A stretch of DNA of 64,000 nt from a virus (Duplodnaviria > Caudoviricetes): the IMG/VR virus record IMGVR_UViG_3300034061_004620. One strand, given 5' to 3'. The translations under genes were made by a program, and so were the position numbers. The notes below the pieces were generated by a model. The model did no database searches and was not told the DNA's origin. It saw only the letters and a list, made by a program, of their open reading frames with translations. This document shows, piece after piece, positions 46,677-56,026 of the stretch; position 1 is the stretch's first letter, and each line of letters opens with the position of its first letter.

Positions 46677-47295
46677 TGATATGTTCTGCTGTTTGTTGAT
46701 GACCAAGTTCTAATGGATGCCCTCTTGGACCCTTAAGACAATCGCCCATCCAATCCACCATTGCTTCATCGGGCCATCCTATAAAATACTGTGTATCAAT
46801 TTGTTTAATTAAATCATTGTTGCGTTCGTCGGTTCGTCTTAGGTCTTGATGATTTCCAAATACATCAAACATCAAATAAGGTTTGTTATTAAGTTTTAAA
46901 TATGATTGTACAAGTACAATGTTTAACAAGTATTGTCTATATAGATAATCATCATTATGGTGTCTACTATAATAATCAGTTACATTTGCTCGCCATGGAT
47001 ATTGATGTTTAAATGGTACATTAATTCTCCCGGGCCATGTATCAAATATATCATATTCGTCGGCTATTTCAATTCTATCAAAATGACTCCATGCTACAAT
47101 AACTGCATCAAAGTTATTTGATTCTTCTACGACTGTTCTAACCATGTGCGTATTGCCACGTCCTGGTTTACCTAAGTTAGTAAGTGTAGAATCAAGTGCA
47201 GCAGCTACTAATGCCGGCCATGCTGTATCCGCTGGGTTATCTAATTCGTCACCGTAGGTGAAACTATCGCCTACAGTTAATAATCTTTTTTTCAT
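46642..47295 (-). CDS. SGNH/GDSL-like protein
   Basis: VGDSFTYG, NLGKPGRGN, GHPLELGH. Confidence 0.65.
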   Translation of the reverse strand: MKKRLLTVGDSFTYGDELDNPADTAWPALVAAALDSTLTNLGKPGRGNTHMVRTVVEESNNFDAVIVAWSHFDRIEIADEYDIFDTWPGRINVPFKHQYPWRANVTDYYSRHHNDDYLYRQYLLNIVLVQSYLKLNNKPYLMFDVFGNHQDLRRTDERNNDLIKQIDTQYFIGWPDEAMVDWMGDCLKGPRGHPLELGHQQTAEHINEYIRNISWLS

Positions 47296-47393
47296 TTATA
47301 GATAAATGGATCTCGTTTACGTAATTCACGTAATTTTCTTCGATAACGTATTTCTAATACAATTCTATTCCAAATGTTTTTTAACCATGTCAT
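47292..47393 (-). CDS. 33-aa basic peptide
   Basis: MTWLKNIWNRIVLEIRYRRKLRELRKRDPFIYK; ATGA coupling to the next gene. Translated by hand. Confidence 0.55.
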   Translation of the reverse strand: MTWLKNIWNRIVLEIRYRRKLRELRKRDPFIYK

Positions 47394-48162
47394 TGAATTT
47401 CTCCTTGAGTAAATCTGCTGCGTCTATATGTGCTTGTTCAAGAGGGTGAGTTGTTCCTATTGGGTATTTGTTTTCAAGTGCCCATTGATAAAATCCTCTT
47501 GGAGTCTGTGTTTCATTGGGGTTAATTCCAGCCGGAAACCAAAACCAAGATTCTTGATCTTGAATTATTTGTCTATAAAGGCTTTGAATTGTTTCGCTAC
47601 TGTTTTTAACTGTTACACTATGTAAGAAATTATTATCTGCACACGTAAACAGATATCTCACACCATTCGTTTTTAGATAATTTTGAAGGTAAACAATTTC
47701 CTTTAAAGTCGAGTATACTTCCCAGTATTCCCCTGCTCCTACATGCTTGAAAAATAACGACGCAAACGTATAAATGCCGGAAAGTTTAGCACGATTAAGA
47801 GTGTCATGATGATCTTTTAGTATCTGAGCATCTTGGTTCACAAATTTTTTTTCAACCGACTGTTTATCCTCTATAGTCCACGGAGTTATAGAATACCAAT
47901 CTCTTGTAATCTGTCCGGTATCGTATGTGAATTTAAATTCATACCTGCCAGGAAATGTCCAACAAACAAAAACAAATAGTTCCTTGCCTAAATGTTTTTC
48001 AACAGCGTCAATAGTTCTTCTGGCGATGCCATCATTCCCAATTCCTGGCCACGCTATGCATTCATAATGATACTGGTCACTTAATAAAGCTGCAAAAGTG
48101 TTTTTTTGAGACTGTAATTCACTTCCGTAAATAAAGCTATCACCGGCTGCTACTATAATCAT
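47365..48162 (-). CDS. SGNH/GDSL-like protein
   Basis: AGDSFIYG, PGIGND, THPLEQAH. Confidence 0.65.
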   Translation of the reverse strand: MIIVAAGDSFIYGSELQSQKNTFAALLSDQYHYECIAWPGIGNDGIARRTIDAVEKHLGKELFVFVCWTFPGRYEFKFTYDTGQITRDWYSITPWTIEDKQSVEKKFVNQDAQILKDHHDTLNRAKLSGIYTFASLFFKHVGAGEYWEVYSTLKEIVYLQNYLKTNGVRYLFTCADNNFLHSVTVKNSSETIQSLYRQIIQDQESWFWFPAGINPNETQTPRGFYQWALENKYPIGTTHPLEQAHIDAADLLKEKFNDMVKKHLE

Positions 48163-49294
48163 ATCCTGGCTTCATCATATCAATTTGCATTTGTTTGTAA
48201 TTGTAATCACTCCAACAATAATCATAGGTATTTGAAATACCATTAACTTCAATTTTGTAAATGTCTAAATGATTACTTAATATTTGTTGCACGGTAGCTT
48301 CATGTAATGTTCCAAAACCTGTGCTAAGATTAACCTGTCCTACAGGTAGGTATCCTAAACTTAAATTTGGATCATTAATTTCTTTGTTATTTGTTTGTAA
48401 CCAAGCATAAAAATCATTCATTTGTTTGTTGTGCCATTCATGGGCGCCGTTATACACAACACTTTTCCCCCATTCAACATCAAATTCTCCACTAAAATAT
48501 TTTAGTTCTGTTATAGCTTCACACACAGTATCAGTCAACTGCGGTGCACATTCATCTCTAAATACTTCAAATAATGTTTTACCAATTTGTGTCCAATGCA
48601 TATATACTCCGCCAAATACACGGTCGTACCCATTGGTAATAAAACCTTGCTTATGTTCATTGGTTAGTGTATAACGTTCGGCGTGTAAAAAAGTGGTGAT
48701 TTGACTTGGACGTATCCACTCCGCAGCAGTTGCTTGTTTACGTTGACTAAGACAGAGATTCTCAATTTCATGGCATAAATTGTTTAGTTGTCGTATAGCA
48801 TATTTTGTGGTATAATCAGCATACTTGTAATAAGAACTTAAATTTTCAACTGTTCCTTGCAATATTTCAAAATAATTATGAAGTCTATTCATGACCTCGT
48901 GTTTTATGCTCAAACCTAAATTAGATTCATCCCATCCAATTGGATATTCGTCGCCGAATCTAATTGAATCAGGAACATAAAAATCGTCAATGACAAAAGG
49001 TTGTAATCCCATGGTTTCCCAAACTTTTGTTCTGTTAAACACGTTGATCCGATATACCGCATCATTTAACTCTTTACACAAATAATTTAAATTTCTGGGA
49101 GTATGGGGGAATCCCATAAAACAAAAATTTTTTTCAATTAAACGCTTTTGCACAAGTTCTTTTTGCAAAGCTTGTGCCCAATCTTGTGCTAACTGGGTAT
49201 CGTTTAGTTCTATATCGTAATCAATTTGATCGCTTTTTATTAAAGGATTACGTAAAACTACTTTAACCGATTGAATTCCACCACTCATAAACAT
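48140..49294 (-). CDS. Hypothetical protein
   Basis: 384-aa ORF; no motif recognised. Confidence 0.7.
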   Translation of the reverse strand: MFMSGGIQSVKVVLRNPLIKSDQIDYDIELNDTQLAQDWAQALQKELVQKRLIEKNFCFMGFPHTPRNLNYLCKELNDAVYRINVFNRTKVWETMGLQPFVIDDFYVPDSIRFGDEYPIGWDESNLGLSIKHEVMNRLHNYFEILQGTVENLSSYYKYADYTTKYAIRQLNNLCHEIENLCLSQRKQATAAEWIRPSQITTFLHAERYTLTNEHKQGFITNGYDRVFGGVYMHWTQIGKTLFEVFRDECAPQLTDTVCEAITELKYFSGEFDVEWGKSVVYNGAHEWHNKQMNDFYAWLQTNNKEINDPNLSLGYLPVGQVNLSTGFGTLHEATVQQILSNHLDIYKIEVNGISNTYDYCWSDYNYKQMQIDMMKPGYDYSSSR

Positions 49295-50558
49295 CCGCTC
49301 TCTTTGAAAGTATTTCGTCCATAGTTGTAGACTGTGTACGAATAGACTCTAATTGTAACACACGAGCTTTACCTTTTGCAACTCCTTTGAGATAAGCATC
49401 TAATCCATATTGTTCCAAAAAGGTAGGGCGTGTTTTTAACTGAACTAAGATATCCTTTAATGGTCCGGCTACTCCGGCGTTTAATATTTCATCTACCCAG
49501 GCATCTAAAATTGATCTTGGTAGGGATAAAGGCGACATAACTATGTCTGGTGTAAAACTAAAGACAACCTTAGCAAGGATGTCAACGCCCAAATCTTTAG
49601 CTAACTGCTGTATATTTAATACCTCAAACATACCAGGTAAGGTAAGTGTGAAGTCTAATCTCATTTGTCTCCGGTGTTTAGCGATTGCAACTCCTGCCTT
49701 AAAGTTTTCAAGCCATGCTTGATAATCGAGGCCTGTTCTGATATATTCTCCAATCGCTCCTGTGCCGTCGATGCTGGCACAAATTTGCCAATCACGTAAA
49801 TAAGCGAGTACATCTTTATAAAGATTACAACCTCTATAACTAACGCGGCTAAGATTAGTATTGTATCGAGCATAAACACGTGGTCCGTCTCCCAGTTCTA
49901 TAATACGCTGCATGTACCGCCAATGTTGTTCGTACATTAACGGTTCTCCCCCCACCCAATAAACTTCTTCTACACGGTGGTCCTCAACTGCTGCTGCAAA
50001 CTCGGCTTCAACTTGATTAGTCTGGAAATGTTCAATTTGTTTTTTGATTTCAGGGTTCATCCAATTGTTTTTTGGATTGGACCAATCGATCATATCATGT
50101 TGTCTTTGTTCGCTTTCCCACGAACTTGACAACATGTCGCCACACATACGGCATTTAAAGTTACAAAGATTACTAAATCTGTAATCCCAACTAACAGGTT
50201 GCATGGTTGTATAACCTGTTTCGTCGGTACTTTCAAGCACTTGCAAATACTTATGTTGGAATAAATTGTTGAAATAACTACGGTAAACGTCAGTGTTAAG
50301 CAATTTATTATTACACACTTCGCACTCAGGTAATGTTTCTCCGGCCATCATACGGCGACGTACACTACGCATATGATCACTGTTCCAATGCTGTTCAAGT
50401 GTTATAGGAATATAACTACCTGTCCCGGCATTGCTGTCAATATACTGCTGAAAATTGGTTGCGGATTCGCGGCTTGCACAACAAAGTCTTCTTTCAGTTT
50501 GTGGACTTAGATATGTGTGAGTCCACGGTGCCATACATAGTGTGCTTGGTTTATTCAT
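49263..50558 (-). CDS. Radical SAM with N-terminal SPASM/twitch-like domain
   Basis: CMAPW..LCC..CEVC; CNFKCRMC; GGEP. Confidence 0.9.
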   Translation of the reverse strand: MNKPSTLCMAPWTHTYLSPQTERRLCCASRESATNFQQYIDSNAGTGSYIPITLEQHWNSDHMRSVRRRMMAGETLPECEVCNNKLLNTDVYRSYFNNLFQHKYLQVLESTDETGYTTMQPVSWDYRFSNLCNFKCRMCGDMLSSSWESEQRQHDMIDWSNPKNNWMNPEIKKQIEHFQTNQVEAEFAAAVEDHRVEEVYWVGGEPLMYEQHWRYMQRIIELGDGPRVYARYNTNLSRVSYRGCNLYKDVLAYLRDWQICASIDGTGAIGEYIRTGLDYQAWLENFKAGVAIAKHRRQMRLDFTLTLPGMFEVLNIQQLAKDLGVDILAKVVFSFTPDIVMSPLSLPRSILDAWVDEILNAGVAGPLKDILVQLKTRPTFLEQYGLDAYLKGVAKGKARVLQLESIRTQSTTMDEILSKRADVYEWWNSIG

Positions 50559-51222
50559 TCAAATATTTTTCCATTGCTGTAAAAATTTCTTCTTTAGAGT
50601 AACACCATGGCTCAATTGATTGGTTAATTGTTTCTTTTTCGTTAAGAGTTAAATGTGGAAAAAAGTTGTTAACTATTTCCCTATTTGAAATTGGTTCAGA
50701 AATCAAATTTCTCTCAGTAACATCTGATGTAATAGAAAAATTAATATCTTCAGCAAGGTTCTCAAGATTGTACCATTGTATTCTTGCGTTTAAATTAATT
50801 TGATCCAAATACTGACTATATTTTAAGTCATATAAAACATTTTTTGTGATAGTAGAATGAATTAAAGAACTTAATCGTAAAATATTTGTTTTGAAGATGC
50901 CACTTAACTTTTGCTCTAACCACAATCTATTACTACCGTATGGTAAATGTGGTCTTAGTACACTATCTATTGTTCCTATTATTACTAATCTTTTAATTTT
51001 TGTTTGACTGATATTACTATATAACCAACGCACATTATCATAATCATTTTTAGCATCTGTGTTTGCTTTAATTCTATTTCCGCTTGGTGCAGCCAAATAT
51101 ACTATATCAAATTCATAATTATTGATACTTGTAATATTTGAAGAATTGAATTCATGTGTGGGGTTAACAATCTTATTAAGATAGTTTCCTATTAGACCAT
51201 TTGAGCCAACAACCGCTATCAT
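50551..51222 (-). CDS. Short NAD-dependent epimerase/reductase-like protein
   Basis: VVGSNGLIG, YLAAP, YGSNR, LRLSSL. Confidence 0.7.
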   Translation of the reverse strand: MIAVVGSNGLIGNYLNKIVNPTHEFNSSNITSINNYEFDIVYLAAPSGNRIKANTDAKNDYDNVRWLYSNISQTKIKRLVIIGTIDSVLRPHLPYGSNRLWLEQKLSGIFKTNILRLSSLIHSTITKNVLYDLKYSQYLDQINLNARIQWYNLENLAEDINFSITSDVTERNLISEPISNREIVNNFFPHLTLNEKETINQSIEPWCYSKEEIFTAMEKYLNE

Positions 51223-52172
51223 TCTAAATAATTTAAAATCTCGTCAATAATTTCTGATTTAATTTTTTGCTTAACCAGATCCTTATCAAAAAAACGAGCA
51301 TGATTATAAGCAAGTTTTTGTTTGGTTAAAGTATCTTCAAATATGTAATTTTTGTTTTCAAATTCATTGGTAAGTCTGGTAATTTCCGAAACTATCTTGT
51401 CCAATCTTAAATTTTCATTTTCTATTAGATCGTATGATTCATCTATTAGGTGGTCAAAGGTTTCGAAGCCCTGCTCATGCAAGTACTTTAGAGTATCTTT
51501 AGATCCCCAAACTATAAAAGGATGTTGATATGCAATTGGTTTGAATATTTTTTCAGATATAAATGGAGGCGATGTGACAAAGGTTTCGACTACTACACTG
51601 AATTCAGTGGCATCGTACCAATTTGGATTAAAATATCTTTGCCAATCTCCGTTAGCATAATCTACATCATCTTTTATTTTGATGCCGTTTTGAACATAAC
51701 TGTACATTGCATTTTTTAAGGAATTCTGCAACCTAAGGTATATTTGATCTCTATGACTACGTTTTAAATGCATTAACATCAGGAATGCCTTGGCATGGTT
51801 TCTATTGGGTACGTATTTGTGATATTTCAAATGCCTATACCAAAGACTTTCATTGTACCATATCCAGTTTTTATTTCTAACCGATAGTCTGTCTGTGACC
51901 TCGCTTGTTTTTGAAATGTCATTATCCCAAAAACAATCTACTACTAATTTATATCCTTTATTGACATAAGGCACATACCATGTAGCGTTAGTATTAAAAA
52001 AATCTGTTACACAAACAGTGTCACTTGGAGAATGGTTTACAGTTTCGTGCTCGTAAATTATGTTACAATAATCACTAATTATGTCTACAAACCAGTCAGA
52101 GCAAAAACTGTTAAGATCATTATTTGAAACTAACAAATTAATTTTGTTTGTCATATCCCATTGCCTTTGCAA
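51219..52172 (-). CDS. Glycosyltransferase-like protein, paralog family A
   Basis: SVVVET..SEKIFKPIAYQHPF..LKYLHEQGFETF. Confidence 0.6.
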   Translation of the reverse strand: MQRQWDMTNKINLLVSNNDLNSFCSDWFVDIISDYCNIIYEHETVNHSPSDTVCVTDFFNTNATWYVPYVNKGYKLVVDCFWDNDISKTSEVTDRLSVRNKNWIWYNESLWYRHLKYHKYVPNRNHAKAFLMLMHLKRSHRDQIYLRLQNSLKNAMYSYVQNGIKIKDDVDYANGDWQRYFNPNWYDATEFSVVVETFVTSPPFISEKIFKPIAYQHPFIVWGSKDTLKYLHEQGFETFDHLIDESYDLIENENLRLDKIVSEITRLTNEFENKNYIFEDTLTKQKLAYNHARFFDKDLVKQKIKSEIIDEILNYLE

Positions 52173-53358
52173 TCTCTTGATGAGTGTTGTAAAATGATTG
52201 TTGCCTATATGTATCAGTCTGCTTCATCTTGAATAAAAATTCTTCGCCATCTGATCCGTTACCCTGTTCGATAAATCGTATAATACGTAAAATTTCTGCA
52301 CGATGCTTGGGATTGATAAATGTGCCGGTACGCAATTTTTCTATAACAACTTCTTTGGCGATTGGGGTAAGACTATCAATACACATATGTTTTGGATCAT
52401 GTAACATGTTAAAATAATGATCGTTGAACTTTTGAGTATTCACCCAATTACACAAGTCTTCTAAATAGAAAACATTCTGTATATTGATTGTCATACATAC
52501 TTGTGTGGTAATCTTGTTCGGAAATTGATCGCGTAACTCATGAAATTTCTGAATATTTGTTACAACTTCATTCCAATAAGCACCATACCGTTCATATTCG
52601 AATCTTTCTCCGATATTGTCGATGCTAAATGCAATGTCTACACGTTTGAAGTGGCTCCACAGTTCGTGTGCATTGGGCCACTGTGTTCCATTTGTATTAT
52701 AATGGATATCAATATTTTTGGCATAACCTTGATCCACTGCGTATTGCAACAGATCAAAATGCTCTTGAATCATAAATGGTTCACCACCAGTGAATTCAAA
52801 ATATTTAATATTAGGAAGTAATTGACGCAAATTATCCCAAAAAGTTTGAGTCTTTCTTGGCCATGCTCCTTTTTGTAAAAATTTATATGCTAAATGTTCT
52901 TTTTTATTTGTTAATTCCGGAATATAATTAATCTCTTCTTGTGCCCATTTACTACTGGACCAAGACCCACATATTCTGCATTTAAGATTACATATATTAC
53001 CTAACTTTAAATCTACAAACCAAAGTTGATCAGGTGTATCATTTTCATAATCTACTTTGTCTGCTAATTCTTTTAATCGTATTTTGCTATATATACGTTT
53101 GCTTGCACGACCGGCATCTTCCTCCTGCCAGCAACGATTGCACGTTTCTGGTTTTTCTCCTGCGCGAAATCGTTGCCGCAAATTCTGCATGTAAGAACTA
53201 TTATAAATAGTTTCTAAATTTGTTTGATTTAAATCGTATTTGACTCCATTGTTGTCGCAGATTTCTTCTATCGCCAAACAACAGGGTCTGGCAGTCCCAA
53301 TTGGACTTGTCTCTATACTAATCCACGGCAACATACAAATTGTTTTAGGTAAAGTCAT
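52138..53358 (-). CDS. Radical SAM with N-terminal SPASM/twitch-like domain
   Basis: CMLPW..PCC..CNRC; CNLKCRIC; GGEP. Confidence 0.9.
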   Translation of the reverse strand: MTLPKTICMLPWISIETSPIGTARPCCLAIEEICDNNGVKYDLNQTNLETIYNSSYMQNLRQRFRAGEKPETCNRCWQEEDAGRASKRIYSKIRLKELADKVDYENDTPDQLWFVDLKLGNICNLKCRICGSWSSSKWAQEEINYIPELTNKKEHLAYKFLQKGAWPRKTQTFWDNLRQLLPNIKYFEFTGGEPFMIQEHFDLLQYAVDQGYAKNIDIHYNTNGTQWPNAHELWSHFKRVDIAFSIDNIGERFEYERYGAYWNEVVTNIQKFHELRDQFPNKITTQVCMTINIQNVFYLEDLCNWVNTQKFNDHYFNMLHDPKHMCIDSLTPIAKEVVIEKLRTGTFINPKHRAEILRIIRFIEQGNGSDGEEFLFKMKQTDTYRQQSFYNTHQEIAKAMGYDKQN

Positions 53359-54674
53359 TTAATTGTAATCAATTCAGGAAATGTGTTCCAAAAATTTTCA
53401 TTTCTTACGTCATCCAGTTTTTTCACTTCTTCTCTGAATCTATCAAGTAATTTGCTTTGGTTGTTTGCACGTAAAAAATTAAGTGCGCTCTTAAATCCAT
53501 TTGTGGCTCTTTGTAATTTATCTTGTGGCTCGAGCCATGCTATATGTTCTTCATAGGCCGGAATAACAACATTTTTTTTAAAATCTTCAGGCAATATATC
53601 AATACGATACCAGTCTGGACTTTGGCAAATATTTACATTAAAATCTTTTGCATCGATAAGACCCATTTGTACCCATTCTTTATGAAACGCCAATACATGC
53701 AATACATTCATAGCACTAATTGTTGCACTGATATAAAAATCTACATGAGGAACTTCTTGCATCATTCTATAGCGATTTTGTTCAACTTGTGTCCAATTGG
53801 TACCTTTCCGCATTAGTTCGGCACGAGCACCACTTGCATCAAGACTCGCTCCTACACTGACATTTGTAAAATTCTTCCAATAGTCAAATACATGTTTATC
53901 TTTAAATCTTAGTTCGCTAAAATTAGTATTGTATTGAATCCTAATATCTGTTTTTTTATGTTCGATCAATTTCTCTAACATGAAGTAATGTTCCTTCATT
54001 ATTAGAGGTTCGCCGCCGGCGAAATAAACTTGCTCAAGGTATGGAATATGTGGGAGCATTTGTTCAAGCATGGCATCTTCATCGCCGGCGGTATATTCAA
54101 CTCGCGCCATGTCTCTGCCAAGCACGTCGGGTTTACGATTATAAAGTTTGACATGATCATTGTACCAGTTGCTACTAAATATTGGACCGCAACTGCGGCA
54201 ACTAAAATTACATAGATTGCTAAATCTAACATCCCAATATCTTAGATTAAATTTAGGATTAGTTCCGTCTTCTAATGTAGCATCAACTTCTGCCACGTGA
54301 TGACCATAATTTCTATTTGCATCATGTCTCATACTGAAAAAACCGTTATCCTCTTGTTCGTAACATTTTGTGCATTCTTTACATGGCCGATCTTCGAGCA
54401 TGTTTTTACGCATTGTACGATAAGCGTCTTGATTCCAAACCTGCTCCATTGTATGTTTACGAAGGTCTCCCACAGGATGCCAATAATCAGCTAAACAGCA
54501 AGGATAAGCACGACCATCAGGAAAAGCATGCATGTGAACCCATGGCATCATACAAAACGTTTTACTCTCGGTTAATTTACTCCATTGATCCGGAGACAGT
54601 TTGTCTTTTTCAATGAAATAAGGAGCTCTTTCGTTATATACATACCCTTTATTGTAAAATGCTTTTACAGTCAT
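53355..54674 (-). CDS. Radical SAM with N-terminal SPASM/twitch-like domain
   Basis: CMMPW..PCC..CTKC; CNFSCRSC; GGEP. Confidence 0.9.
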   Translation of the reverse strand: MTVKAFYNKGYVYNERAPYFIEKDKLSPDQWSKLTESKTFCMMPWVHMHAFPDGRAYPCCLADYWHPVGDLRKHTMEQVWNQDAYRTMRKNMLEDRPCKECTKCYEQEDNGFFSMRHDANRNYGHHVAEVDATLEDGTNPKFNLRYWDVRFSNLCNFSCRSCGPIFSSNWYNDHVKLYNRKPDVLGRDMARVEYTAGDEDAMLEQMLPHIPYLEQVYFAGGEPLIMKEHYFMLEKLIEHKKTDIRIQYNTNFSELRFKDKHVFDYWKNFTNVSVGASLDASGARAELMRKGTNWTQVEQNRYRMMQEVPHVDFYISATISAMNVLHVLAFHKEWVQMGLIDAKDFNVNICQSPDWYRIDILPEDFKKNVVIPAYEEHIAWLEPQDKLQRATNGFKSALNFLRANNQSKLLDRFREEVKKLDDVRNENFWNTFPELITIK

Positions 54675-56026
54675 AAACTATTGTACCAATCTGATAAATC
54701 TTGAAAAGTTGACACAAAATCCTTGTCTCTACGGATATCATATTGGGAATAAAATTTTTTAAAATCTTTTTGTAAAATTTCTTGTTCGGCTGCACCCAAA
54801 TGCGGAGTTTTTACTACGTCTAAATAATCTATTAGTCTTTGTAACTGATTTAATTCCATTTCGTGAATTAATTCATTTTTTTGATTTTGCATCATCCAAT
54901 CTTGCAATTTATTTTTATATTTTGTTCTGAGTTCATCTGGTAAAACCAATGGACTCTGAAAACTGGGGAATCTTAATATATTTAATGTGAAAAATGGATA
55001 ATTTTTTCCATAACACATTTTCCACTGAACAATTTGATCTAAAAAATCAGTCAAACTTTCTAAACTTAGAGCATTTATTGTACACATAATGTGTAAGCCA
55101 CGTAACTTGTAGTTGGCAAAATTATCACATATCAGATCTATACTATTAATCCAATCGTTCCAAACCAATCCGTCTCTAATATACTCTGCATGAGCTCCGA
55201 CACTTTCATTACTTGTGTATAAGTCAATGGGTGCGTCCACACTTTGAAATAAACGATCGATATCAACTTGTGTTCCTAAATTAGAATTAATCGCAAGTCG
55301 TGTTTGCGATCGTCCTTTGTTGGCCTTAAACCAATCAAGTAATTGCCAGGTGTATCCTGACATTAGAGGCTCTCCACCGGTAATCCTTAATTCTGTTAGG
55401 GTTTTATGGAGGTCTGATTCCCACCATTGGAAGAAGGCATCGATGTAGGGGTTATTTTCACCAAATTTAAAAAGCTGCGAACTGTCATGGCTATGAGTAA
55501 AATGGTTCCTGCCGTCAGACACCAGATCCATGTAGGGTCCGTTATTATTGATGTCTTTAACCCAAGTACTGCTGAATGCAGGATTGCAATAAGAGCAAGC
55601 AAACTGACAAGTACGATCAAAACTGATTTCAAGAGTGCGAAGATTGACATCTTCTGTAAAATTTGATTTGAATGCATTATCTAAATCCTCATCTGTAAAC
55701 AACACAGTTTTGTACACACGATCGCTTATGTTATCACGACCGATGTCCTCAATTTTCCAACAATATTCACAACCGGCCGGCCTTTCGCCTTGTTGCATCT
55801 GACGGCGTTCTTCTTTTTTCTTTGCAGTATTGTGTAATGTCCGTGGATTAATTTTGGCTTCTTCTATATCAACTTTGTGTGGCAATGGGTGATGACAACT
55901 TGTAGTCATACCTGACCCTAACCAAATAGTGGCATTATACCATTTTGCGCCGCAGAATGATTCAGACTTGATATCAATTACTCTGCGTCTATATTCTAAA
56001 TCTGTTTCGTTATTAATTTTGGGCAT
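54671..56026 (-). CDS. Radical SAM with N-terminal SPASM/twitch-like domain
   Basis: CGAKW..SCHHP..CEYC; CQFACSYC; GGEP. Confidence 0.9.
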   Translation of the reverse strand: MPKINNETDLEYRRRVIDIKSESFCGAKWYNATIWLGSGMTTSCHHPLPHKVDIEEAKINPRTLHNTAKKKEERRQMQQGERPAGCEYCWKIEDIGRDNISDRVYKTVLFTDEDLDNAFKSNFTEDVNLRTLEISFDRTCQFACSYCNPAFSSTWVKDINNNGPYMDLVSDGRNHFTHSHDSSQLFKFGENNPYIDAFFQWWESDLHKTLTELRITGGEPLMSGYTWQLLDWFKANKGRSQTRLAINSNLGTQVDIDRLFQSVDAPIDLYTSNESVGAHAEYIRDGLVWNDWINSIDLICDNFANYKLRGLHIMCTINALSLESLTDFLDQIVQWKMCYGKNYPFFTLNILRFPSFQSPLVLPDELRTKYKNKLQDWMMQNQKNELIHEMELNQLQRLIDYLDVVKTPHLGAAEQEILQKDFKKFYSQYDIRRDKDFVSTFQDLSDWYNSL

